Source of the DNA: an uncultured beta proteobacterium | GTDB taxonomy: Bacteria > Pseudomonadota > Gammaproteobacteria > Burkholderiales > Casimicrobiaceae | Length of the DNA: 64,000 bases | Assembly (NCBI GenBank): GCA_963781285.1 | Contig: CAWAFI010000025.1 | Coordinates: forward strand, 36,296-100,295 | Reading direction: 5' to 3' | Shown: in pieces, positions 49,006-62,194 of the stretch | Layout of the letters: every line of letters begins with the position of its first letter | Numbering within the stretch: the first letter of the stretch is position 1 | Notes under the pieces: model-generated | Told to the model about the DNA's origin: nothing | The model's input: the letters and a program-made list of their open reading frames with translations, nothing else | Database searches by the model: none | Position numbers and translations under genes: made by a program

Positions 49006-49983
49006 TCACGGCTCACGCGATCCGTTCATGGGAGCCGTCTTGCCGGCGGCATTGCGCTGCGCCTCCCAGGCGCGACGCGCGGCGCGCGCGTTCGCGAACA
49101 CCGCCTCCAGCGACGCCCCGTCGCCGGCGGCGATCATCGCAGTGACGCGGTCGAGCTGCGCCCGGAACGCCGCGACCTCCGACAAGAGCGCCTCGCGGTT
49201 CGCGAGCGCGATGTCGCGCCACATTTCCGGCGCGCTCGCCGCGATGCGGCTGAAATCGCGAAAGCCGCTTGCCGCAAATCGGAACAGGTCCTCGGCGTTC
49301 GGCCGCGCCGCCAATTCGTCGACCAGCGCGAAGGCCAGTACGTGCGGCAGATGTGACACTGCCGCAAAGATCCGGTCGTGCGTGGCGCCCTCCAGCGTGC
49401 GTATGCGAGCGCCGCAGGTCTGCCACGCCGCGGCCACTGTCGCGATGGCCAGCGGATCAGTTTCCGGCAGCGGCGTCAGCACCACGTTGCAATCAACGTA
49501 GAGTGTCGAGAACGCCGCCGCGGCGCCGGACTGTTCGGTGCCGGCGATCGGATGCCCCGGAACGAAACGTGGCAACGCGCCGCCGAGCGCCGCGCGCGCA
49601 GCGGCGATCACGTCCTGCTTGGTGCTGCCGGCATCGGTGACGATCGTATGCGGCCCGAGATGCGGTGCCATCGCGGCGAGCAGCGCCGGATATTGGGCGA
49701 CGGGTGCTGCGAGGAGCACGAGGTCGGCGGCGGCCAGTTCCGCCGTCCATGCATCGTCGAGCGCGACGAAGCGATCGATGACACCGAGATTGACTGCCTC
49801 TTCGAGATTGATGCGACCGCGGCCCACACCGACGACGGCGCCCGCGCAACCGGCAGACTTCTGCGCGAGCGCGAACGAACCGCCGACGAGGCCGACGCCG
49901 ACGACGACGAGCTTGTCGATCCGGTGTGCGGTGCTATTCACGGGCAGGGTAAAGGCGCGCGCGGCGTCAGCCGCCAACCGCAC
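49006..49983 (-). CDS. tyrA: Prephenate dehydrogenase
   Basis: Rossmann [11 protein letters not shown] plus HPIAG and SHLPH motifs. The start is uncertain (GTG 49983 or GTG 49941). Confidence 0.85.
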   Translation of the reverse strand: MRLAADAARAFTLPVNSTAHRIDKLVVVGVGLVGGSFALAQKSAGCAGAVVGVGRGRINLEEAVNLGVIDRFVALDDAWTAELAAADLVLLAAPVAQYPALLAAMAPHLGPHTIVTDAGSTKQDVIAAARAALGGALPRFVPGHPIAGTEQSGAAAAFSTLYVDCNVVLTPLPETDPLAIATVAAAWQTCGARIRTLEGATHDRIFAAVSHLPHVLAFALVDELAARPNAEDLFRFAASGFRDFSRIAASAPEMWRDIALANREALLSEVAAFRAQLDRVTAMIAAGDGASLEAVFANARAARRAWEAQRNAAGKTAPMNGSREP

Positions 49984-51097
49984 CCCGGAGCGCCTCGAGG
50001 AAGCGGCGGTTTTCGTCCGGAAGCCCGATCGTCACGCGCAGCCATTCGGGCAGCGCATAGTTGGCGACCGGTCGCACGATGACACCCTGCTCCAGAAGCC
50101 GCTGATAGATCCGACCCGCGTCTCCGACCTTCACCAGCACGAAGTTGGCATGCGACGGGAGCCAGACGAGCCCCAGGCCGCGGAAGCCGTCCTCCAATGC
50201 GCGCATGCCTTCGCGATTAAGCCGCCGGCTCTCGTCGACATACGCCGTGTCGGAGAGGGCCGCCACGGCGGCGGCTTGCGCCAGCGCGTTGACGTTGAAC
50301 GGTTGCCGGACGCGGTTCAGCATGTCGGCGACCTTTGGATGCATGATTCCGTAGCCGACGCGCAGCGCGGCAAGCCCGTAGGCTTTCGAGAACGTTCGCG
50401 TCACGATGAGGTTGGCGTGGCGGGAGACCCATGAGGCGCTGGGCGCGCATTGTGCGGGCTCGAGGTATTCGGCGTAGGCCTCGTCCAGCACCACGAGCAC
50501 GTCGTCGCCGACCGCCGCGATGAACGCCTCCACCGCCGCCGGCGTGAGCCAGGTGCCGGTCGGATTGTTGGGATTCGCGATGAAGACGACACGGGTCGCT
50601 GGTGTGATCGCGGCGCGCATTGCCGGCAGGTCATGCCCGTATTTCCGAGCCGCGACCTCAATGCCGATCGCGCCCCGGGCCTGGGTCGCGAGCGGGTAGA
50701 CGGCGAAGGCATGGCGCGCGTAGACCGCATGGTCACCGGGACGCAAGAACGCTTGCGTGACGAGCTCGAGTACGTCGTTCGATCCGTTGCCCAACACGAT
50801 CTGCTCGGCGGCGACGCCGTGCCGCGCCGCGAGGGCGTTCTTGAGCTCGAAACCGTTGCCGTCCGGATAACGCGAAAGATCGTCGGTGGCAGCAGCAAGC
50901 GCGGCGCGCACCGCAGGACTTGGCCCGCGCGGATTCTCGTTCGACGCGAGCTTGACGATGTCCCGTTCGTTGAGGCCGAACTCGCGCGCGAGTTCACCAA
51001 TCGGTTTGCCGGGTATATAGGGCGCAATCTTCCGGACGTACTCCGGCGCCTGCATCGACGGGTCGCGGTGATGCACCACGTGCACGGGGGCGTTCAT
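49967..51097 (-). CDS. hisC: Histidinol-phosphate aminotransferase
   Basis: LASNENPRGPSP, NPNNPTG, and SKAYGLAALRVGY (PLP lysine). AGGAG lies 4 nt before the ATG at 51097. Confidence 0.9.
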   Translation of the reverse strand: MNAPVHVVHHRDPSMQAPEYVRKIAPYIPGKPIGELAREFGLNERDIVKLASNENPRGPSPAVRAALAAATDDLSRYPDGNGFELKNALAARHGVAAEQIVLGNGSNDVLELVTQAFLRPGDHAVYARHAFAVYPLATQARGAIGIEVAARKYGHDLPAMRAAITPATRVVFIANPNNPTGTWLTPAAVEAFIAAVGDDVLVVLDEAYAEYLEPAQCAPSASWVSRHANLIVTRTFSKAYGLAALRVGYGIMHPKVADMLNRVRQPFNVNALAQAAAVAALSDTAYVDESRRLNREGMRALEDGFRGLGLVWLPSHANFVLVKVGDAGRIYQRLLEQGVIVRPVANYALPEWLRVTIGLPDENRRFLEALRGAVGG

Positions 51098-51104
51098 CAC
51101 ACTC

Positions 51105-52202
51105 CTAATAAACCGCTGCAGGATACGATCCTAAGATCTTGAGAAATGGCGCTTTTTCCCGCAACTCGGCCAACGCTGCCGCTACGGCAGGTTCGCTCTG
51201 GTGGCCCACCAGATCGACGAAGAACAGGTACTCCCAGAGACCGGTGCGCGCCGGTCGCGACTCGAGCCGCGACATGCTGACCCCGTGCTTCGCGATCGGT
51301 TCCAGCAGCCCGTAAACGGCACCCGGGCGGTTGGGCGCGGACATCACCAGCGAGGTTTCGTCGCGGCCGGACGGTGGGACGTCCTGTGCGCCCAGCACCC
51401 AGAATCGCGTCGTGTTGTTCGGCTCGTCCTCGATGTGCGGCACGAGCACGGCGAGCCCGTAGATCGCGGCCGCGATCTCGCCGGCGATGGCCGCTGCACC
51501 CGGTTCCGCCGCCGCAAGGCGCGCGGCCTCGGCGTTGCTCGCCACCGCAACGCGCGCAGCGCCCGGAAGGTGGCGGGCCAGCCACTGCACGCATTGCGCG
51601 AGCGACTGCGCGTGCGAGTAGACACGCTTCACGTCGGCGATCGTCGCGACGTTCGCGAGCAGGTTCTGGCGGATCCGCAACCGGATCTCGCCGCAGATCG
51701 AAAGCGGCGTCTGGCACATGAGGTCCAGCGTGCGGCCGACCGCGCCCTCGGTTGAGTTTTCGACCGGAACGACCGCGCAGTCGGTCTGCCCGGCCTCGGC
51801 GGCGCGAAAGACCTCGTCGATTGTCGCGCACGGCTCGGTGAGCACGAACCGCCCAAAGTGCTTGGCGACAGCGGCGTGTGAAAACGTGCCTGCCGGGCCG
51901 AGGTAGGCGATGCGCAGCGGCTGCTCCAGCGCAAGGCACGCCGACATCACTTGGCGGAAGATGCCGGCGACGGCTTCCGCGGACAACGGCCCGCGGTTCT
52001 CGGCCTGCAGCCGCGAGAGAATCTGCGCCTCGCGCTCGGGGCGATAGGCCGCACCGCCGACCTTCAATGCGCCGATCGCCTTCGCGTATGCCGCGCGCGC
52101 GTTGAGCGCGACGAGCAGTTCGCGATCGATCCTGTCGATGGCGGCACGGTGCCGGGCAAGCTCCTGCTCGGCGTCGCCGGCGGGTGGCGTGGATGCGGGC
52201 AT
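51105..52202 (-). CDS. pheA: Bifunctional chorismate mutase / prephenate dehydratase
   Basis: N-terminal CM_2 helix (LARHRAAIDRIDRELLVALNARA), the PDT domain (ENSTEGAV, TRF), and a C-terminal ACT domain. Confidence 0.92.
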   Translation of the reverse strand: MPASTPPAGDAEQELARHRAAIDRIDRELLVALNARAAYAKAIGALKVGGAAYRPEREAQILSRLQAENRGPLSAEAVAGIFRQVMSACLALEQPLRIAYLGPAGTFSHAAVAKHFGRFVLTEPCATIDEVFRAAEAGQTDCAVVPVENSTEGAVGRTLDLMCQTPLSICGEIRLRIRQNLLANVATIADVKRVYSHAQSLAQCVQWLARHLPGAARVAVASNAEAARLAAAEPGAAAIAGEIAAAIYGLAVLVPHIEDEPNNTTRFWVLGAQDVPPSGRDETSLVMSAPNRPGAVYGLLEPIAKHGVSMSRLESRPARTGLWEYLFFVDLVGHQSEPAVAAALAELREKAPFLKILGSYPAAVY

Positions 52203-52267
52203 TCAACGGTCGACGGTCGGGTCGCGCCGGGTCCCTCGGACAATCGCGGCGCAATGCGAACGCCGCC

Positions 52268-54820
<2,553 letters not shown>

Positions 54821-55066
54821 GGGCGGGATATCTTCGCTGATTGTCGTTACTTGACCATCGTCCGGGGTTCTTCGGCCTTGCCGCGACGAAACCGCGCAGG
54901 ATCCGCTATCGCTCTATGCGGCTGCCCGGCGCGACCGGAGCCGCCTTTGAAGTGGACGGCAATGCGCGCAGCGGGCACCGGAGGGCCTTGAAAATACAAA
55001 ATTTTATCACGGCGTTGCATTGCCGCGACAGTCGCGGGCTCGCTGTTGCCGAAACCCCACTTTCTT

Positions 55067-55096
55067 TTGCACCCCTTAAGACCCCTGTGCTATAGT
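55067..55096 (+). promoter_or_regulatory. Sigma70-type promoter candidate TTGCAC-18 nt-TATAGT for the OmpA-family gene
   Basis: It lies in the AT-rich gyrA/ompA divergent region and would give a leader of about 110 nt before the ATG at 55214. Confidence 0.45.
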
Positions 55097-55213
55097 TTTT
55101 GTCGAAACAAGGGATTCGGCGCGTCGGCCGCCTCCGCGGCGCCATGCGTGACGCGGGAATTTGCAGGGTTTGCAGAAAAACTTGTTCAATACCAAAGCCA
55201 AAGGGGTGAAACA

Positions 55214-55927
55214 ATGACTCGTCGTCTCGTTACAGGTGCCCTCGTCGGTGCGCTGGCCGCGATTTTCTCCGGCGGCGCAGCCGCGCAGGCGGATCCGACT
55301 AACAGCGGTTATGTGCTGTCGGCCACCGGCACGCCCACGAACAACGTCGTCCGGAACGCCAATTTCGGCGACCCCAAGATCGGCAACCTGTGTTATCGCA
55401 CCGGTTACTGGGCACCGAGCATGGCGATCGTCGAATGTGACCCCGACCTCGTGCCGAAGCCTGCGCCGCTACCGGTCGTAGCGCCGCCGCCGCCGCCGCC
55501 CCCGCCGCCGCCGCCGCCGCCCCCGCCGCCGCCACAGGTGCAAAAGATCACGCTGGCGTCGAAGGCACTGTTTGATTTCGACAAGGCCGTGCTGAAGCCC
55601 GAAGGCAAGGCGGCGATCGACAGCGAGATCATCTCCAAGCTGAAAGACGTCCAGAAGCTGGAGCTGGTACTCGTCACCGGTCACACCGACCCGATCGGTT
55701 CGCAGGCGTATAACCAAAAGCTGTCGGAGCGCCGTGCCGATGCCGTCCGCGACTATCTCGTATCGAAGGGGGTAGCCAAGGACAGGATCGAGACCCTTGG
55801 CATGGGCAAGACGCAGCCGGTTCCGGGCCTGGTGTGCAAACAGAAGAACATGAAGGAACTGATCGCCTGCTACGCACCGGATCGCCGCGTCGAGGTCGAA
55901 GTGAAGGGCGAAGCGGTCAAGAAGTAG
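55214..55927 (+). CDS. OmpA-family protein (N-terminal domain, poly-proline hinge, OmpA_C peptidoglycan-binding domain)
   Basis: Signal peptide ...GGAAAQA, a 17-Pro hinge, and LFDFDKAVLKPEGKAAID...TGHTDPIGSQAYNQKLSERRADAV. AAGGGG precedes the ATG. Confidence 0.9.
   Translation: MTRRLVTGALVGALAAIFSGGAAAQADPTNSGYVLSATGTPTNNVVRNANFGDPKIGNLCYRTGYWAPSMAIVECDPDLVPKPAPLPVVAPPPPPPPPPPPPPPPPPQVQKITLASKALFDFDKAVLKPEGKAAIDSEIISKLKDVQKLELVLVTGHTDPIGSQAYNQKLSERRADAVRDYLVSKGVAKDRIETLGMGKTQPVPGLVCKQKNMKELIACYAPDRRVEVEVKGEAVKK
55484..55534 (+). repeat. (CCG)n-rich trinucleotide tract encoding 17 consecutive prolines
   Basis: Codons CCGx5 CCC CCGx6 CCC CCGx3 CCA, read directly, in frame within the OmpA-family gene. 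Confidence 0.9.
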
Positions 55928-55943
55928 CGCGCGCCGTCTGACG

Positions 55944-55976
55944 AAAAAGCCCCGCCGTCGCGCGGGGCTTTTTTTC
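55944..55976. terminator. Intrinsic (potentially bidirectional) terminator after the OmpA-family gene
   Basis: GAAAAA-AGCCCCGC-loop-GCGGGGCT-TTTTTT: an 8-bp GC stem flanked by an A-run and a T-run. Confidence 0.8.
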
Positions 55977-56018
55977 GTCCGAGCATGACGCCTAACGCGC
56001 AGTCGCGTGCCAACCGCA

Positions 56019-57326
56019 ATGCAATCCGTCGACCTCCGTCTCGATGCCGGCTGGATCATTCCAGTCGAACCTGCGGGCGCGCTTGCCCGTCACGCACTGA
56101 TCGTCGACGGCGGCCGCATCGTCGCGATTCCCCCCCAGGCCGACGCAGCGCTGGCTTTCGCTCCCCGCACACACGTCGCGTTGCCCGGCCACGTGCTGCT
56201 GCCGGGTCTCGTCAACGCGCACACGCATGCGGCAATGAGCCTGTTTCGCGGCATCGCCGACGACGTGCCGCTCGCGATTTGGCTTGAGCACCACATCTGG
56301 CCGCGCGAGGCGCAATTCGTGGCGCCGGATTTCGTCTACGACGGCGCGCGCCTCGCCGCGGCCGAGATGCTGCGCGGTGGGGTCACCTGCTGCAACGACA
56401 TGTATTTCTACGCCGAAACGAGTGCGCGGGCCTTTGTCGAGACGGGCATCCGGGCAATGCTCGGGATTCCGATCCTCGACTTCCCGACGCCCTACGCTGC
56501 CGACCCCGACGGCTATCTGCAGCGAGGACTCGCGATGCGCGACGCGCTGAAGCACGAGCCGCGGCTCGCGTTTGCGCTGGCGCCACATGCGCCCTACACC
56601 GTCGGCGATTCGACCTGGGAGAAAATTGTCGTCTACGCGCGGCAGCTCGACCTGCCGATCCAGACACATCTCGCCGAAACGGCGCTCGAGGTCGCACAAA
56701 GCCGCGACCGCCACGGCGCCACTCCGCTCGCGCGGCTGCATTCTCTAGGCGCGACCGGGCCGGGCTTCATCGCGATCCATGGTGTACACCTGACGCCGGA
56801 GGACATCGACCTGATGGCGACGCACGGCGGCCATGTTGTCCACTGTCCGGCTTCCAACATGAAGCTCGGCAGCGGCATTGCCCCGGTCTGCACACTGCTT
56901 GCCCGTGGCATCAACGTCGCGCTCGGCACCGACGGCGCGGCATCGAACAACCGGCTCGACATGTTCGGCGAGATGCGTCTGGCAACCCTCCTCGCCAAGG
57001 TCACGACGGGCGATGCGTCGGCGCTGCCGGCGGCGCAGGCGTTGTACGCGGCGACGCTGGGTGGTGCGCGGGCGCTCGGCCTCGAACGCGAGATCGGCTC
57101 GCTTGCCGCGGGCAAGGCGGCAGACATCGTCGCAGTGGATCTCACCGGAATAGATGCGGTGCCCTGTTACGATCCGGTCTCGCATCTGGTCCACGCGGTC
57201 GGCCGCGACGCGGTGACCGATGTCTGGATCGGTGGTGAACGGGTGGTCGCCGACCGCTTTTTGACGACCGCCGACGAAGCGGCTATCGTGGCCCGCGCCC
57301 ACTTCTGGCAGGAACGTCTGCAATGA
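56019..57326 (+). CDS. TRZ/ATZ-family amidohydrolase (MtaD-like 5-methylthioadenosine/S-adenosylhomocysteine deaminase)
   Basis: [14 protein letters not shown] metal-binding Hx[14 protein letters not shown]. An alternative GTG start is at 56007. Confidence 0.8.
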   Translation: MQSVDLRLDAGWIIPVEPAGALARHALIVDGGRIVAIPPQADAALAFAPRTHVALPGHVLLPGLVNAHTHAAMSLFRGIADDVPLAIWLEHHIWPREAQFVAPDFVYDGARLAAAEMLRGGVTCCNDMYFYAETSARAFVETGIRAMLGIPILDFPTPYAADPDGYLQRGLAMRDALKHEPRLAFALAPHAPYTVGDSTWEKIVVYARQLDLPIQTHLAETALEVAQSRDRHGATPLARLHSLGATGPGFIAIHGVHLTPEDIDLMATHGGHVVHCPASNMKLGSGIAPVCTLLARGINVALGTDGAASNNRLDMFGEMRLATLLAKVTTGDASALPAAQALYAATLGGARALGLEREIGSLAAGKAADIVAVDLTGIDAVPCYDPVSHLVHAVGRDAVTDVWIGGERVVADRFLTTADEAAIVARAHFWQERLQ

Positions 57327-58066
57327 ACGTCCCGGTCGTCCCCGCACCTGCGAATGCCGCCAACGTCGATGCAGCCGAGCTCGCCAAGTTCGGATCGCTC
57401 GCCCACCACTGGTGGGATCCGGACAGCGCGATGTTCGGTCCGCTGCACCGGATCAATCCACTGCGGCTAGATTGGGTCGATCGCGTCGGCGGTGGCCTCG
57501 CGGGCAAGCGCGTCGTCGATGTCGGGTGCGGTGGCGGCATCCTGTCCGAGTCGATGGCCGAGCGCGGCGCTTCGGTGCTCGGGATCGACCTCGGCGAGAA
57601 AGCGCTCGGCGTCGCGAAACTGCACAAGCTCGAATCCGGCGCGACTGTCGAGTACCGGCTCGTCGCTGCGGAGGCACTCGCCATCGAAGCGCCTGGTGCG
57701 TTCGATCTGGTCACGTGCATGGAGCTGCTCGAACACGTGCCCGACCCCGCGTCGATCGTCGCTGCCTGCGCGGCGCTGGTGAAGCCGGGCGGCGTAGTCG
57801 CCATAGCGACAATCAATCGCAATCCGAAAGCCTATGCGCTCGCGATCCTCGGCGCCGAATACGTTCTGGGACTGCTGCCGCGGGGCACGCACGACTATGC
57901 GAAGTTCCGCAAGCCCTCCGAGGTCGCGCAGTTCGCGCGCCGCGCGGGCTTGACGCCGCTCGACCTCACGGGCCTCACCTACAATCCGCTGACCAAGCAG
58001 TTCCGGCTCGGACCGGATACCGCAGTCAATTACCTGATGGCATTTCGCCGTCCCGCCGATGCGTGA
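57323..58066 (+). CDS. ubiG: Bifunctional 3-demethylubiquinol 3-O-methyltransferase / 2-polyprenyl-6-hydroxyphenol methylase
   Basis: F...WWDP...[11 protein letters not shown], the SAM motif [13 protein letters not shown], and [10 protein letters not shown]. The ATG overlaps the upstream stop (ATGA). Confidence 0.9.
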   Translation: MNVPVVPAPANAANVDAAELAKFGSLAHHWWDPDSAMFGPLHRINPLRLDWVDRVGGGLAGKRVVDVGCGGGILSESMAERGASVLGIDLGEKALGVAKLHKLESGATVEYRLVAAEALAIEAPGAFDLVTCMELLEHVPDPASIVAACAALVKPGGVVAIATINRNPKAYALAILGAEYVLGLLPRGTHDYAKFRKPSEVAQFARRAGLTPLDLTGLTYNPLTKQFRLGPDTAVNYLMAFRRPADA

Positions 58067-58769
58067 GGCGCGTGCGCCGCGCCCGCGCCGCCCGCAGGCG
58101 CTGCCGATCGACGCCGTACTCTTCGATCTCGACGGCACGCTGGTCGACACGGCGCCCGACCTCGCGGCCGCGCTGAACCGGGTCCGTGCCGGGCGCGGGC
58201 TCGCACCGGTGCCGCTTGACCGGCTGCGCCCGTTCGCCTCCCACGGCGCCCGTGGGCTGATCGGTGCCGGGATGGGCGTGGCGCCCGACGAACCGGCGTA
58301 CGAGGCACTGCGCGAAGCTTTTCTCGCCCAATATGCGTCCGCCGTGTGCGTGGAGTCCGCGCTTTTCGCGACCGCAGGTGCATTGCTCGACGCGATCGAA
58401 GCGCGGGCTCTCGCATGGGGAATCGTCACCAATAAGGCCACGCGTTACACGCTGCCGCTTCTCGACGCTTTGCGCCTGACGCCGCGAGCCCGCGCTGTCA
58501 TCTGCGGCGACACGATGCCGTTCGCGAAACCGCACCCGGCGCCATTGCGCGCGGCAGCCGAGCGTCTCGGCGTCGTGCCGGATCGTTGCGTGTACGTCGG
58601 CGACGCCGAGCGCGATGTCAGTGCGGGCGTTGCCGCAGGGATGCGCACGATCGTCGCGCGGTACGGATACATCGAGCCCGGCGCGACGCCGGACGCATGG
58701 CCGGCGGACGGCTACATCGACGAACCGGCGGGCCTTCTCCCCTGGCTGCCGCTGCGGGCACGCGCATGA
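58059..58769 (+). CDS. gph: HAD-family phosphoglycolate phosphatase
   Basis: [24 protein letters not shown]. Conserved ubiG-gph linkage. Confidence 0.8.
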   Translation: MREARAPRPRRPQALPIDAVLFDLDGTLVDTAPDLAAALNRVRAGRGLAPVPLDRLRPFASHGARGLIGAGMGVAPDEPAYEALREAFLAQYASAVCVESALFATAGALLDAIEARALAWGIVTNKATRYTLPLLDALRLTPRARAVICGDTMPFAKPHPAPLRAAAERLGVVPDRCVYVGDAERDVSAGVAAGMRTIVARYGYIEPGATPDAWPADGYIDEPAGLLPWLPLRARA

Positions 58770-58787
58770 TTCCGAGCGCCGCGGGGT

Positions 58788-59684
58788 TCAGCCGGGGCAG
58801 GCGCCGGCGTTGACGAACAGCCACTCGGCGCGCTTGCCGTCGCGCGTGCCGGCCAATCGCACGGGTTGGCTCGCGAGGAGCGGCCTGACGACCGCGGTGA
58901 GTACGTCGTCGACGCCGGAAAGCGCGATGCCGTTCGCTTCCTCCACGTGGTCACCGACCTTCATCCCGAGCAACGCGGCAAAGCCACTTGCGTCGCGGAC
59001 GGCGAGGCCACGGCCACTTGGGGCGAGCAGCGCCTTCCAGCTATCGGGTTGCGACGCAATGCCCGTCAGGAGCTCCGCGTTGAGGCGATACACCGGTCCC
59101 GTATAGCCGGCGGGGGCCGCGCACGCGGCGCGCACGGTCGCTTGCCGGGATCGGTCTGCCGGCGGTGGAGTCGAGTTCGCCGGGGCCGGTGCGGCGCGCA
59201 ACACGAGATCGCGCGTTTCGCCATGATCACGAATACGTACGCCATCGTTGCGTACGCTTTCGAGTGTCACGTCCTTCGCGATTTCCTGTCCCGCGCCCAC
59301 GAACACCGGACCGCGGTCGGGCAGCCGGAACAGCGCATATCCGCCGCCCCCCTGCTCGGCAACTACGCCCAACAGGCGCGCATCCCCGCGCAGCGTCGCG
59401 GGCGCCGGCGGCAAGCCGGACGGCCCGGCCGCCGGGCTCGCGCCGGGTCGCCCGAACACCGGCGCCGCAATGATGGCCGTCGTCCAGCGCTCCGGCGTCT
59501 CAGGCAGTGGCGGGGAAGCCGGCGTCGGACCGAAGGCGCGCCATCCCCAATGGGCGAGCACGATCGCAAGGAGGATGGCACCCCCCAGCGTCGCCAGCGC
59601 CGATGCGGCGCGCCATGGCCAGGGTGGCTTGGCGGGGCGCGCAGCATCCGAGGTCGTGCGCTCGCCAGCGGGCATTACGCTCAT
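58788..59684 (-). CDS. Membrane-anchored GspC-like / PDZ-domain protein
   Basis: One TM segment (ALATLGGAILLAIVLA), a Pro-rich linker, a GspC-like central segment (LLGVVAEQGGGGYALF), and a C-terminal PDZ-like segment (LGMKVGDHVEEANG). The family call is tentative and the start is ambiguous. Confidence 0.5.
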   Translation of the reverse strand: MSVMPAGERTTSDAARPAKPPWPWRAASALATLGGAILLAIVLAHWGWRAFGPTPASPPLPETPERWTTAIIAAPVFGRPGASPAAGPSGLPPAPATLRGDARLLGVVAEQGGGGYALFRLPDRGPVFVGAGQEIAKDVTLESVRNDGVRIRDHGETRDLVLRAAPAPANSTPPPADRSRQATVRAACAAPAGYTGPVYRLNAELLTGIASQPDSWKALLAPSGRGLAVRDASGFAALLGMKVGDHVEEANGIALSGVDDVLTAVVRPLLASQPVRLAGTRDGKRAEWLFVNAGACPG

Positions 59685-59818
59685 CGGGACGCCCCGCGTC
59701 GTGGCGTACGAGACGCGCATGGCGCTCCGCTATAATCGCCGGGCACCGACGTGCAATTCCCACCGGTGGGCGCGCCGCTGGCTCGTCCGTGCCTCGCCCT
59801 GTGGCCGCGCTGCCCCAC

Positions 59819-61012
59819 GTGAATCCTCGCCTCTCCCGCCTGCAGCCGTATCCGTTCGAGCGGCTGCGACTACTGTTCGCTGGTGTGACGCCCGATCCGG
59901 GGCCCGCCCCGATCAACTTGTCGATCGGCGAGCCGAAGCATCCGACGCCGCGGCTCGTCCTCGACGCGATGACGGCCGCCGCCGCCGGGGTGGCGAATTA
60001 TCCCACGACGATCGGCACGGCCGCCTTGCGCGAGGCGATCGCCACGTGGCTCGCGCATCGGCACGGCCTCGCCGCACTCGATCCCGCCACGCAAGTCCTG
60101 CCGGTCTTGGGCAGTCGCGAGGCACTCTTCGCCTTCGCGCAGACCGTGATCGATGGCAGCCGGCCCGGCGCGACCGTCGTCATGCCGAACCCGTTCTATC
60201 AGATCTACGAAGGCGCGGCGGTGCTCGCGGGTGCCACGCCATATTGCGTCAACACCGTCGCGGCGAAAGGGCACGCCCCGGCTTGGCACGATGTCCCGGA
60301 CGCCGTCTGGGCGCGTACCCAGCTGGTTTACGTCTGCTCGCCCGACAACCCGACCGGCCGCGTGACGACCGCCGATGAATGGCGACTCCTGTTCGAGCTG
60401 TCCGATCGGCACGGTTTCGCCATCGCCGCCGACGAGTGCTATTCCGAGATCTACTTCGACGAGGAGAAACCACCCCTGGGCGCGCTCGCGGTCGCCCACG
60501 CGCTCGGCCGCGACACGTTTCCGCGCCTTGTGTCGTTCGGCAGCCTGTCCAAGCGTTCGAATGCTCCGGGCCTGCGCTCGGGCTACGCCGCCGGCGATGC
60601 GGCCCTCATGCATGCATTCTTGCTCTACCGCACCTACCACGGCTCGGCGATGTCGCCGGCGGTCGCTGCCGCCAGCATCGCCGCGTGGAATGACGAAGTC
60701 CACGTCCGCGCGAATCGCGCCGAATACGCCGCGAAATTCCGTGCGCTGCAACCGCTGCTCGCCGCGGCGCTGCCCTGCGTGATGCCCGACGCTGCGTTCT
60801 ATCTGTGGGCGCAAACGCCGATCGACGACGTGGAATTCACGAAGCGCCTGCGGGCCGAGCAGGCGGTCACCGTGCTTCCCGGGAGCTACCTCGCCCGGGA
60901 AGCGCATGGGACGAACCCGGGCCGCGGCCGGATCCGGATCGCGCTGGTGGCGCGGCAGACCGAGTGCGCCGAGGCGGTGGCGCGAATCGCCGCCTTTGCC
61001 CGCGCGTTGTAA
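59819..61012 (+). CDS. dapC: Succinyldiaminopimelate transaminase
   Basis: NPRLSRLQPYPFERL..., SIGEPKHPTP, CSPDNPTG, and SKRSNAPGLRSGY (PLP lysine). GTG start at 59819; the upstream part of the ORF is junk. Confidence 0.85.
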   Translation: MNPRLSRLQPYPFERLRLLFAGVTPDPGPAPINLSIGEPKHPTPRLVLDAMTAAAAGVANYPTTIGTAALREAIATWLAHRHGLAALDPATQVLPVLGSREALFAFAQTVIDGSRPGATVVMPNPFYQIYEGAAVLAGATPYCVNTVAAKGHAPAWHDVPDAVWARTQLVYVCSPDNPTGRVTTADEWRLLFELSDRHGFAIAADECYSEIYFDEEKPPLGALAVAHALGRDTFPRLVSFGSLSKRSNAPGLRSGYAAGDAALMHAFLLYRTYHGSAMSPAVAAASIAAWNDEVHVRANRAEYAAKFRALQPLLAAALPCVMPDAAFYLWAQTPIDDVEFTKRLRAEQAVTVLPGSYLAREAHGTNPGRGRIRIALVARQTECAEAVARIAAFARAL

Positions 61013-61096
61013 CCCGTTGGCAGCGCCCTGTCGGCGCCCGGGGCGTTTCGTCGCGGCAACGAGGAAAGACCCGGCGCACGACCTAGAATCACGGGC

Positions 61097-62191
61097 ATGA
61101 ATACATCGCCCACTGTCACCATCCGGCCGGGCTGGCTCGCCGCCGCAGCTGCCGGCTTTCGCGCGTCATGGCTCACGATCCTGTTGATCGTCGCGATCAA
61201 CACCGGCGTCGCCGCAATCCTGTCCCTCGACGATGCGCGACCGTTCTGGCATCCGTTCATCTCGGCGCAGTCCTTCGGTCTGTCGATCGCCTACGCCGTC
61301 AATGCGGCCAGCCCCTGGGACAAGCCGCGTCCGGTCTGGCGGCTGATCATCGCCGTAGCGATCGGGACGGCGATCGGCGTTGCGCTGTTGATTGCGATCA
61401 AGGGCTACGTCATCGCGGAGCAAAACTACCGCCTCGAAAGCGTGCGTCTGCGCGTCGGTCAGTTCGCCTGGACCTCGCTCGGGGGCTTCGTCATGGGCTT
61501 GTGCGTGAGCGTGTTCTTCCTGCTCAAGTACCGGGATGGGCGCATGCGCGCCGCGATGCTCAAGGCCGAAGCGGATCGCAATCTGCTGGCCAAGCAGGCG
61601 GTCGAATCCGAGCTGAAGCTGATGCAGGCGCAGGTCGAGCCCCATTTCCTGTTCAACACGCTGGCATCCGTGCAATACCTCACCGAGACCGATCCGCCGC
61701 AGGCGTCGAAGCTGCTCGGACATCTGCTCGCCTACCTGCGTGCCGCCCTGCCGCAGTTGCGCAGCGCAAGTGCGACGCTGGGGCAGGAAATCGAGTTGGT
61801 CGAGGCCTACCTCAACATCTTGCGCATGCGGATGGGCCAGCGCCTCGCTTTCACCATCGACGTTCCCACAGCGTTGCGGACTCACGCGTTCCCGCCCGTG
61901 CTGCTGATCTCCATCGTCGAGAATGCCGTCACCCACGGGCTCGAGCCGCAGGCCGAGGGTGGTACGATCCGGATCGACGCCCGCCGTGATGGCGATCGCC
62001 TCGTCGTCAGCGTGACCGACACGGGCCGGGGTATCGCCGGCGGGGCAGCGCGCCCGGGCCAAGGTGTCGGACTCGCCAATGTCCGAGACCGGCTCGCCGC
62101 ATTGTTCGGGCCGGCGGGACGATTCTCGCTCGCGGACGTCGCACCGCACGGAGCGCGCGCTACGATTGAAGTTCCATACGTCGATGCCTGA
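61097..62191 (+). CDS. LytS/YehU-family sensor histidine kinase
   Basis: Multi-TM N-half, His_kinase motif QVEPHFLFNTL, and an HATPase region (ENAVTHGL...DTGRGI...GVGLANVRDRL). Confidence 0.85.
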   Translation: MNTSPTVTIRPGWLAAAAAGFRASWLTILLIVAINTGVAAILSLDDARPFWHPFISAQSFGLSIAYAVNAASPWDKPRPVWRLIIAVAIGTAIGVALLIAIKGYVIAEQNYRLESVRLRVGQFAWTSLGGFVMGLCVSVFFLLKYRDGRMRAAMLKAEADRNLLAKQAVESELKLMQAQVEPHFLFNTLASVQYLTETDPPQASKLLGHLLAYLRAALPQLRSASATLGQEIELVEAYLNILRMRMGQRLAFTIDVPTALRTHAFPPVLLISIVENAVTHGLEPQAEGGTIRIDARRDGDRLVVSVTDTGRGIAGGAARPGQGVGLANVRDRLAALFGPAGRFSLADVAPHGARATIEVPYVDA

Positions 62192-62194
62192 AGG

